A stretch of DNA of 64,000 nt. Source: Stegostoma tigrinum (lineage: Eukaryota). A model generated the notes under the pieces. It worked only from the letters and a program-made list of their open reading frames with translations, ran no database searches and was not told the origin of the DNA. Shown here in pieces: positions 35,422 to 46,600 of the stretch; within the stretch, counting starts at the first letter, position 1, and every line of letters starts with the position of its first letter. The translations under genes and the position numbers were made by a program. The DNA lies in assembly GCF_030684315.1 (NCBI RefSeq), contig NC_081394.1, positions 5,612,163 to 5,676,162 on the forward strand, in the 5' to 3' direction.

Positions 35422-37350
35422 TAGAACATAAAACAGACCAGCACAGTACAGGCCCTTCGACTCATGATGTTGTTCTGACCTATTATCCTACTAAGATCAA
35501 TCTACACTGCATACCCTACATTTTACTATCCTCCATGGCCTATCCTAGTTGCTTAAATGCCTCTAAAGTATCTGACTCCACTACACTGCCGGCAGCACAT
35601 TCCACACGCCCACCACCCCCTGTGTGAAGAACCTACTTCTGACATCTCCCTTATACTTTCCTCCAATCATCTTAAAATTATGCCCCCTCATAATAGTAAT
35701 TTCTGCCCTGGGAAAAAGTCTCTGACTATCCACTGTACCTATACCTCTCGTCATCTTGTACACCTCTATCAAGTCACCTCATCCTTCTTCACTCCAATGA
35801 GAAAAGCCCTAGCTCCCTCAACCTTTCCTCTTTAGACCTGCCCTCCAGTCCAGGCAGCATCCTGGTAAATCTCCTCTGCACCTTCGCTAAAGCTTCCACA
35901 TCTTTCCTGTAATTAGGTGACCAGAACTGAACACAATATTCCAAGTGTGGTCTAACCAGAGTTTTCTACAGCTACAGCAAAACCTCAAGGCTCTTAAACT
36001 CAATTCCTCTGCTAATGAAAGCCAACACATCATACACCTTCTTTACAACCCTGTCAACTTGGGTTGCAACTTTGAGGGATCTATGGATGTTGACCCCAAG
36101 ATCCCTCTGTTCCTCCACACTGCCGAGAACTGCCATTAACCCTGTATTCTGCATTCAAATCCAACCTTCCAAAATGATTCACTTCACACTTTTCTGGGTT
36201 GAATTCCATCTGCCACTTCTTTGCCCAGCTCTGCAACCTGTCAATGTTTTGTTGCAACCTACAACAGCCCTCTACGCTGTTCACAACTCCACCAACCTTC
36301 GTGTCATCGGAAAACTTACCAACCCACCCTTCCACTTCCTCATCCAAGTCATTTATAAACACCACGAACAGCAGAGGTCCCAGAACAGATCCCTGTGGCA
36401 CACCACTAGTCACTGAGCTCCAGGCTGAATAATTTCCATTTACTACCACCCTCTGACTTCTATTGGACAGCCAAATTTCCCTGAATCCCATGTGTCCTTA
36501 CTTTCTAAATGGGCCTACCATGTGCAAACTTATCGAATTCCTTGCTAAAATCCACATACATCCACTGCTCTACGTCCATCAATGTGTTTTGTCACATCCT
36601 CAAAGAGTTCCATAAGACTTGCGAGGCATGACCTGCCCCTCACAAAGCCATGCTGACTATTTCTAATCAAACTGTGCTTTTCCAAATAATCATAAATACT
36701 ATCTCTCAGAATCCTCTCCAATAATTTGCCCACCACAGACAAAAGACTGCCTGGTCAAGAATTTCCAGAATTATCCCTATTCCCTTTCCTGCACAAGGGA
36801 ATGACATTTACCACCCTCCAATCTTCTGGCACTGCACCAGTAGACCAAAGATCATCGCCAAAGGGTCAGCAATCTCTTCACTCACTTCCCATAGCAACCA
36901 TCGGAATATCCCACCCGGCTCAGGGGACTTATCTATCCTCATGTTTTTCAAAATTTCTAGACATCCTCCTTCCTAACAATGACCTATTCGAGCATATCTG
37001 CCTGTTTCATGCTGTCCTCACAAATGTCAAGGTCCCTCTCACTGATGAATGCTCAGGTAAAGTATTCATTAAGGACCTCCCCTACCTCCTCCGACTCCTC
37101 AAACAGGTTACCTTCACTATCCTTGATTGGCCCCACCCTCACGCTAGCCAACCTCTTCTTCCTCACATAAGTATAGAAAGCCCTGGGGTTTTCGTTGATC
37201 CTACCAACCAAGGTTTTCTCATATTCCCTTCTAGCTCTCCCAAGCCCATTCGTCAGGTCATTCCTGGCTACCTTGCAGACGTCTAGAACCCTGTCCAATC
37301 CTTGCTTCCTCAACGTTAAGTAAGTTTCCTTCTTCCTGTTGACTAGGTGT
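35422..37350 (-). mobile_element. Degenerate CR1 LINE (RT region)
   Basis: ORFs 36081, 36545 and 37053 with [14 protein letters not shown] and SQHGFVRGRSC. Confidence 0.9.
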
Positions 37351-37351
37351 T

Positions 37352-38440
37352 CAACATGTGGATGTGAGTTTGCTCGCTGAGCTGGAAGGTCAGTTTTCGG
37401 ACGTTTTGTCACCATTCTAGGTAACATCATCAGTGAGCCTCCAATGAAGCGCTGGTGTTATGTCCCACTTTCTACTTATCTGTTTAGGTTTCCTTGGGTT
37501 GGTGATGCCATTTCCTGCGTTGGTGATGTCATTTCTTGTTCTTTTTCTCAGGGGATGGTAGATTGGCTCCAAATCAACGTGTTTGTTGATGGAGTTCCAG
37601 TTGGAATGCCATGCTTCTAGGAATTCTCGTGCATGTCTCTGTTTGGCTTGTCCTAGGATGGATGTGTTGTCCCAATCAAAGTGGTGTCCTTCCTCATCTG
37701 TGTGTAAGGATACGAGTGATAGTGGGTCATGTCGTTTTGTGGCTAGTTGATGCTCATGTATCCTGGTGGCTAGCTTTCTGCCAGTTTGTCCAATGTAGTG
37801 TTTGTACCAGTTCTTGCAAGGTATTTTGTAGATGACGTTCGTTTTATTTGTTGTCTTTTAAGTTCATTAGCTGCTGTTTTAGTGTGTTGGTGGGTTTGTG
37901 GGCTACCCTGATGCCAAGAGGTCCGAGTAGTCTGGCAGTCATTTCGGAAATGACTTTGATGTAGGGGAGAGTGCTTATGGTTTCTGAGCCCGTTTTGTCT
38001 GTTTGTTTGGGTTTGTTGCTGAGGAATCGGCGGACTGTGTTCATAGGGTACCCATTCTTTTGAATACGCTGTATAGGTGATTTTCCTCTGCTCTGTGTAG
38101 TTCCTCTGTGCTGCAGTGTGTGGTGGCTCGTTGGAATAATGTTCTAATGCAGCTTCGTTTGTGGGTGTTGGGATGGTTGCTCCTGTAGTTCAGTATTTGG
38201 TCCGTATGTGTTGTTTTCCTGTAGACGCTGGTTTGAAGTTCCCCATTGGCTGTTCGCTCTACTGTGGCATCTAGGAATGGCAGTTTGCTGTTGTTTTCCT
38301 CCTCTTTTGTGAATGTTATGCCAGTAAAGGGTATTATTGATGGTCTTGAAGGTTTCCTCTAATTTGTTTTGTTTAGTGATGCCAAAGGTGTCATCCACGT
38401 AGCGGACCCAAAGTTTGGGTTGGATGATTGGCAGAGCTCT
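37352..38440 (-). mobile_element. Penelope-like element (Poseidon type) 3' portion
   Basis: PKLWVRYVDDTF, TLPYIK.ISE..ARLL.PLGI.VAHKPTNTL; hammerhead-like terminus at about 37400-37435. Confidence 0.88.
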
Positions 38441-41400
38441 GCCAATCGGACCAAATACTGAACTACTGTGGTCTCTGCCCACAATGGGGGTACGAATTGC
38501 GAGCATTAATGTGCGCAGTGTCAAGTCCACCGCAAGATGTGTATCCACGTTGGCCTACCTGACCACCGTCAAGGCGGACCTCCTGTTTCTGCAGGAGTGC
38601 GGGATACCGCACCTCAGCAGGTACAGGAAATGGTCCGGCGCCTGGACCTGGTGGGCGTTTGATCTGGTCGGGGGGTAACGACTGTCCTCCTCAGGCCTGG
38701 CTATTCTGCTGCGGAGGCGCGACTGCACCCTCTCTCAAGTTCAGGAGGTGGTGGGGAGGCGCCTCCTAGTGGCTGACGTCACCTACATGAATGCTCCCCT
38801 GAGGCCGAACAACGTGTACGCCCCAGCGGTACGGAATGAGCAGTTGGCCGTCCTGCAGCGGCTTCCACCCCTGCTGGCTACGTCCAGGCCGGTCATCCTA
38901 GGCGGAGACTTCAACTGCATCATTGATGCAGATGGAAGATCCGGCGTGGGAACAGCAGGTGGGGGGAGTCAACTGGAAGTCACGTCCAGATTCCTGATGG
39001 GCACGGTGAAGGACGCCAAGCTGCTCGACGTCTTCAGCACCCCTGCAGACGGAGCGCAGCGGAGATACACCTGGTCGCGGCCAGACGGGTCTATCCGCTC
39101 AAGGATAGACTTCCTGTTTGTGTCACGGGCATTCTCGGTCAGGTCCACTGGCCTCGAGCCGCTGTTCTTCTCTGACCACTGCCTCCTGCTGGCCGACTGT
39201 CACTTACAGGACGACCAGCCGGCCGGCAAGGGGACGTGGAAGCTCAACACGACTCTGTTGACCCCAGAGAACGTCGAGGAGCTTAAGAGGGAATACGCTG
39301 TTTGGAGAACCATGAAACTCCTCTTTGAGTCTCCGGGCGACTGGTGGGAGACAGTGAAGGAGAACATCAAGAGGTTCTTTGTCCTCAAGGGTGTTCAGAA
39401 GGCGAGAGAGAGGCGGGGAAAGCTGTCAGGACTCCAGAAAAGGATGCAGAACCTGCTCCTTCTGCAGTCAATGGGGGTCGATGTCACGGAGGACCTCCGC
39501 GAGGTGAGGGGCCAGCAACCTTCGCTCTTCGCCGCGGAGGCCTCCCGGATAATCTTCCGGTCCAGGGCCCGCTCTGTGGAGCAGGACGAGACGTGCTCAA
39601 ATTCTTCTTTCAGAAGGTGCATAAAGAGAGCTCTGTGCTTAGCCTTCTGAAAGAGGACGATGGCTTGGTGATGTCGTCTTGGCCTGACATTTTGAGGATC
39701 AGCAGATCTTTCTCTGCCGGACTGTACGACGTGAAACCCACGGACAGCATGGCCTCCGAGTCATTCCTGTCGTCTATCACGGAGGTCTTAGATGACGGCA
39801 CGAGGGAGTGGCTGGACCGGCCGATATCCCTGGATGAGCTGACCACAGCCCTCAAGTCCTTGGAGAGGAATAAGAATCCCGGGAGCGACAGCTTACCGGT
39901 CGAGCTGTATTCCGCTCTGTGGGATCTGGTCAGCCAGGACCTGCTGGAGGTGTATGATAGTGCGCTTCGGGCAGGGGAAATGTGCAAGTCCACGAGGAAG
40001 GGCATCATCACCCTCATTTACAAGAGGAAGGGGGAGAGGGAAGAAATTAAGAATTGGCGCCCGATTTCACTATTGAACGTGGACTACAAAATCCTGGCAA
40101 AGGTCATTGCCAACTGGGTCAGGTCTGTCCTGGAGTCGGTGATTCACCCTGACCAAACCTGTGCTGTGCCGGGCAGGAAGATCGCTGAGAGCCTCGTGCT
40201 CATCAGGGATATGATTGCCTACATGCAGGACAGGCGGGTGGACACCTGCCTCGTCAGCCTGGACCAGGAGAAGGCCTTCGACAGGGTCTCTCATGCTTAC
40301 ATGAGGGACGTCCTCTCCAAATTGGGGTTCGGGGAGGGCATCCACAATTGGATTCGGCTGCTCTACACCAACATCGTTAGCGCAGTCTCGATCAACGTGT
40401 GGGAATCACACAGTTTTCCCGTCAGATCTGGAGTCAGGCAGGGCTGCCTGCTCTCTCCTGCCTTGTTCGTGTGCTGTGTGGAGCCCTTCGGCGCATCCAT
40501 CAGGGAGGACGTGAGCCTGAAGGGCGTGACTATCCCAGGCAGTGGAGGCCTTCAGGTCAAGACCTCCTTGTACATGGACGACGTTGCTGTCTTCTGCACC
40601 AATCGCGGTCGGTGAGTAGGCTGTTGGACATCTGCGGCCAGTTTTAACTGGCCTCGGGTGCCAAAGTCAATAGGGGTAACAGCGAGGCCATGTTCTTCGG
40701 GAACTGGGACGACTGCTCCTTCATCTCCTTCACCGTCAGGACAGACTACCTGAAGGTGCTGGGTGTTTGGTTCGGTGGAGCTGGGGCGTGCACTAAGACT
40801 TGGGAGGAGCGTATCACCAAATTGAAGCAGAAGCTGGGCAGGTGGACGCTCCGGTCCCTCTCCATCGCGGGTAAGAACCTGATTGTCAGGTGAGAGGGGC
40901 TTTCAGTACTGTTGTATGTGGCGCAGGCCTGGCCTATTCCCTGGACCTGTGCCGCTGCGGTCACCCGGGCCATCTTCCACTTCATTTGGGGGTCGAGGAT
41001 GGACCTGGTCCGCAGGGACACCATGTACAAAGACCTGGAAAATGGGGGAATGGACGTACCGAACACCACCCTCACCCTGACGGCTGCCTTTGTGTGCGGC
41101 TGCATCAAGCTGTGCGTAGATCCTCAGGAGGTTGTACCTGTCCCCGGTGTTGCGAAGGATGGGCCTGGCCTCGTTGCCGCGGAACGCTCCGAGTAGTTGG
41201 ACCGTTCCGTACCACCTGTCCTTTGTGGAGAAATTTTTGAAAGGAAACACCTTTGACCACAAGGCAGTCAAGCAGTGGTCAGCACGTAGTATCCTCGGGA
41301 CCCTTTGGGAAAAGGAGAGGGTGGATCCCGTTGTGTGGTTTGCCTCGCAGACTGCCAAAGTCATTTGGCAGAATGCCTCATTGCCAGAACTTTCAAACAA

Positions 41401-42143
41401 GCACAAGGGCGTTGCTTGGCTGGCGGTGAGAGGGGCTCTGCCAGTGAGATCCTTTATGCATGCCCGGAATCTCTGCGCCACTGCACACTGCCCTTGAGGT
41501 GGCTGCGAGGGGGACAAGACTGTTGATCACCTCCTTCTGGAGTGTGCCTATGCACAGGAGGTCTGGAGGGGGATGCAGTGGTATTTGTCGAGGTTCGTCC
41601 CGAGCAGCTCCGTGACGCGGGACTCCGTGCTCTACGGGCTGTTTCCCGGGACGCACACTGAGACCAACATCAACTGCGCCTGGAGGAACATCAATGCGGT
41701 GAAAGACGCTCTTTGGTCTGCCCGCAACTTGCTGGTCTGCCAGCTGGAAGAACTGACCCTGACCGAGTGTTGCAGACTGGCGCACTCCAAGGTCCAGGAC
41801 TACGTGCTCAGGGACGCGCTAAAGCTTGGGGCAGCCACTCCCAAGGCGCGGTGGGGAAAAGACCACGGTATGCAACTCCTCATCCAGAATAGAAACACGG
41901 GCCCTCTCTGGTAACTGGGCCCAGCTGGCGCCTTCCCCAACTGGTCAGGGGGCCAACAGGGACTGTGCGGGGAGACGACTGCCAGGGTATTTTTTTTTGC
42001 TTTTTTTTTCTCTGTTTTGTTTTTTTATCCTTTAGTTGGTGTACGTACCCCTGGGTAACCCAGAGCAGCTTGCATGACTGGGTAGGTGTATAAATGGTTT
42101 TTTTTGTACATTCTATGAACAAGGTATATTTTTTCAAATAAAA
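38440..42143 (+). mobile_element. Tx1-type (L1 clade) non-LTR retrotransposon: decayed full ORF2 (APE, RT, zinc-binding C-terminus) plus 3' UTR
   Basis: ATG at 38484 MGVRIASINVRSV..LFLQEC; GGDFN, SRID, SDH; WRPISLLNVDYKILAK, LDQEKAFDRV, GVRQGC.LSP, YMDD; C..C...TVDHLLLEC; several frameshifts. Confidence 0.93.
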
Positions 42144-42199
42144 GTAGTGATGAGTGGAGAAAGACACCATTTGGCATACCGAGTCTGCACCTACCCTCC

Positions 42200-42490
42200 A
42201 AACAGCATCCCATCCAGACCGAGATCTCGATCCTATTCCTGTAACACCACATCTCCCATGGCACATCCACTTAGCTTACACATCCCTGTATGCTATGGAC
42301 AATTTGCCTTGGCCAATCCACCTAATCAGCACATCTTTCGGACTGTGGGAGGAAGCACTTGGTAGAAACTCATGCCAACACGGGGGGAAGCGTTCAATCT
42401 CCACCCAGACAGTCACCTGAGGGTGGACACAAACCCGGGTCCGTGGAGCTGTGAGGTCGCAGTCGCAGTCGCAACCACTGAGCTGCTGTG
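42200..42490 (-). mobile_element. HE1-like SINE, degenerate
   Basis: Reverse-strand A/B box and V-domain similarity. Confidence 0.6.
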
Positions 42491-43467
42491 CGCACGTGTT
42501 ACTTGCTGTTTATCAGCTGAAGCCTGGATATCATTCTGATCTTGTTGCATTTGAACACAAACTGTTTCAGTGTGTGAGAAGTTGAGAATAGTGCTGAACA
42601 CTGTGCAATCGTCAAATGCTCATCCCCCTGCTTCAACTGACAGAATGGGATTCCCACAATCAGTGATCCCAGTTTTCAGCCAATTCAATTCACTCCAAGT
42701 CACATCAGCGACTTGCTACCTCTGTTCATGTCGTGACCAGCAGAGTCATTAAATATCAGACTGTAGACCCACTCGTAATCAGCTTCCCTTTACTTATAGC
42801 TTGGAGCAAAACTTTGCAAAGCACGACAGCAGTAGATGGAAACATACATATTTTCCTGAAATATTCACAGGACCATATACATATTGTGTAGCAAAAAAAA
42901 AAATTGTTTGGAATAACATCATCTTGGAAAGCAAATTAAACACACAAGACATGATTGAAGGGGCTGTTGTATTGTCTCTTTCTCTGAACCATCCAGAAGC
43001 CGAACTCTGGATATAAAAGCTGCTGGTAATGCTGTAGCTCCGGGCTTTGCCCAGTAGATGATGCTGCAGAGGCAGTTTCTGAAGCCTCTTCCCATCTTCC
43101 CCACTGTGGGAGCGCCATCACTACAGTGGGTCAAGTTAAGGTGGACAATAAAGTGGGCCTGGGCAGCACTCAGACCGAGAACTACCTAATAAGTTAATTA
43201 TTAAGAAGAATAAGGACATTAGTATATTTCCTCACAGCATTAAGTGTTGGAAGTTAGAGTTAGAATTGCAAACCTACAAGTGAGCCCTGAGACTCGTTTG
43301 ACAATCTTTAAACAGTAATACTGAGATATAACAGAGTTACTTATATTGTGGAAGTGATCGTTAATCCTAATCCTGAGATCAGGCTTTCCACCAGGAAACA
43401 CTCAGTCCCCATAATACTGGGCTGATTTCTCTCTCCCTGGGCCAGGCTCAGTACAGTGGAAATTCAG

Positions 43468-43642
43468 TTAGAGCTGGACAGCCCCATTCCCCAGAAGGTT
43501 TTGTTCTCCAGCCATTCCATCCTGATGCTCAGGTGCTGTTGTCACAATGCTTTGTACTTCACATGCAGTGATCACCTCTCTCAAAGGGTGAGCATTCGAT
43601 GCTTCATTTTGAGTCCTGCAACACTGGTTTTCAATACAGTTA
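43468..43642 (-). CDS. Gene C cytoplasmic-tail (last) exon
   Basis: tctctctcctag| phase 2, 58 codons ending GEQNLLGNGAVQL TAA; homologous to 686-844 and 26747-26898. Confidence 0.8.
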
Positions 43643-46600
43643 CTAGGAGAGAGAAATCAGCAGATTGCAAATTATATTAGAATTAAATTATACTAAAATA
43701 TTATGTTAACTATTTAATCCATTCAGCCTTCAATCTTGCACGACTATATTTAGATATTAAGTGGCATCATGATCATCATAAAAATACGTACTGAAGATAT
43801 AAGCAGGTTATAATTCTATATATAGAGATAATAAAATGGGAGGCTGGATGAACACAGCAGGCCAAGCAGCATCTCAGGAGCACAAAAGCTGACGTTTCGG
43901 GCCTAGACCCTTCATCAGAGAGGGGGATGGGGAGAGGGAAATGGAATAAATAGGGAGAGAGGGGGAGGCGGACCGAAGATGGAGAGTAAAGAAGATAGGT
44001 GGAGAGAGTATAGGTGGGGAGGTAGGGAGGGGATAGGTCAGACCAGGGAAGACGGACAGGTCAAGGAGGTGGGATGAGGTTAGTAGGTAGCTGGGGGTGC
44101 GGCTTGGGGTGGGAGTAAGGGATGGGTGAGAGGAAGAACCGGTTAGGGAGGCAGAGACCGGTTGGACTGGTTTTGGGATGCAGTGGGTGGGGGGGAAGAG
44201 CTGGGCTGGTTGTGTGGTGCAGTGGGGGGAGGGGACGAACTGGGCTGGTTTAGGGATGCAGTGGGGGAAGGGGAGATTTTGAAACTGGTGAAGTCCACAT
44301 TGATACCATATGGCTGCAGGGTTCCCAGGCGGAATATGAGTTGCTGTTCCTGCAACCTTCGGGTGGCATCATTGTGGCAGTGCAGGAGGCCCATGATGGG
44401 TTGTCATCTACAGAATGGGAGGGGGAGTGGAAATGGTTTGCGACTGGGAGGTGCAGTTGTTTGTTGCGAACTGAGCGGAGGTGTTCTGCAAAGCGGTCCC
44501 CTATAATTCTATATAGATGGGTTAAGCGAGTGGGCAAAAATCTGGCAGATGGAATGTAACTGGGGAAAATGGTAAGTTATTCATTTTGGCAGAAAGAATG
44601 AAAAATATGGAGTAATACTTAGACAATTTGGAGGGATGTAGGCATTCTAGTGTAAGTGAGAAAACGATTGGTATAGAGACACAGCAAGTAAATAAAACTA
44701 ATGGGATGCTATCCCATATCACAGGATGAATTGAACATATGCATGATATTTTCTTAGAGCATCTCCAAGATTGAAGTGAGTTCTTACTTTTCTATTTGTC
44801 CGATGCCTCAGTCAGCACAGCTCCTGTGAAGGTCTAACTCTTGCCCATTTCCTCCCCATAAGCCTCCTCCCCTTTACACTGTTCTCCAAAACAATGCAGC
44901 TCCTGGCACTTATTTTCCAGCTGCCATTGGTGGCCTGGACAATAAATGTAATTTCAGGGGGTTGGATAACATGGCCTTTCAGGCTGGTAGGAGGACGCAG
45001 AGGCTCCAGACCATTAAACAAACAACAGAAATGCTCAGAGACTCTATCAGGCTTCATAGAACCACGTCCAGGGAGGGCTTGAGTCAGATGGATCAGCAAC
45101 AGGATCGGGAAGGAAGATTCCAAAGGGATGGCATTGTCTTTCAAGGCAAAATAGCACTTTGCAACGTTATCCATAAAGTTCAAAATGTACTACTGCACAC
45201 ATCATCTTCACGATATAAAATGTAATGACACAAAACTAGAATTAACGATAGGAAATGCAGAACATTCTATAACTCACCGTTTTATTAAGCTTTGGGCTAT
45301 GACAGCAACATAAATACCGACAAAAAAGACAGCATAAATAATTGCTGTTAGTTCACCATGAGACAGTCCAGTATCTAGAGACAGAATGGAGCCATTAACA
45401 GACTGGTTCACACAAACAAAACTAACAGCAGAGACCTTCAGAACCAGGCCCAGTACAAACAGATCCCTGAGTAGTTCCTGGAGGCATATGCACACTGCTC
45501 CACAGTAAGATTGATACATACTTTCCAATAGGAAGAACTGGACACTGACTAGCACCAGCCTCCATTCATTTAAATTGAACAGCACCTGGAATCGAGCAGG
45601 TTAACAGTGCCCCATACCACTCACTCTCCCTATCATTCTTTGGTAAAATATCACACAGCATTTCAAACATTCCAATGTTCCTTCCTGTCTGTCCAGCAAG
45701 ATCAAATGTAAGAGCTGAAAACACATGCAGTAGATTTACCTGGTACAGGTGTGTTCGGTACAGGTGTAGGAGCTCGCTCTAAAGAAAACATCATGTGTTT
45801 AGCACGGTGTGTGAAACAAACTACAGAAAATTTCAGAGACTCTATCGCGCTTTACAGAAACACATCTAGGGAGGAAACAGGTTCAGGTCAAACTGATCTG
45901 GAGGGATCAGGAACAGGATTGGGAGGAGTGAAAATTCCAACAGGATTCCATTAACTGTGAAGGGAAGAATGGAAGTTTTCCAGAGATTCCTGAGCAGGAT
46001 CCTTCCCAGCAGCTCACATCCCCCTGCGGGGGACAATCCTCACAGGATCCTGGGCCGACTGGGAGACACTTTCAAGCTCAGTGCACTGGGTCTTGTAAAG
46101 GCTGTTTGGGGCGTGCTGTGGGTCCCACCTCCTATACCGCAACCTCAGAGACAGAAGAACCATGCTTCTGGGGACAAAGTGCAGGTTCTCACACCATCAA
46201 TCCCTTCCATCACCCAGTTTGGTAGCTCCATCCGTCAGGGCTCAGCCAACTCACTCGGTGGGATTTATTTCTGAGTGACCGTCGGATGGACAGAGAAGAC
46301 CCACTCAGTAGATTTTCTATCTGTGTGACCCTCAGTGCTTCCTCCAAGAGATGGTGAATATTGTAGGGTACCTATTGATCAGCTCAGGGAGGGCAGGAGG
46401 TTTCCAGGCCCATGTTCGACTGGATGTTGGGAGACTTCATGGGGCTCACAGTCAATGTTGAGGAATCCCAAGGTCAATCCCAATTGATTGCATATATTTG
46501 TACTGCTATTTCTAGCAGGTCTACTTTCCCTGTAAGACTAGGCATATCCAAGGATGGTGACAGCAGAATCTGGGACACAAGGTTGATACAACCACAGTTG

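Noticed and set aside
45274-45585. Similar hydrophobic ORFs at 45274..45585 and 25241..25619 suggesting a multi-pass protein
   Set aside because: Only the 97-bp TM exon is bounded by shared splice sites; the upstream part is intron with frame-breaking indels between paralogs
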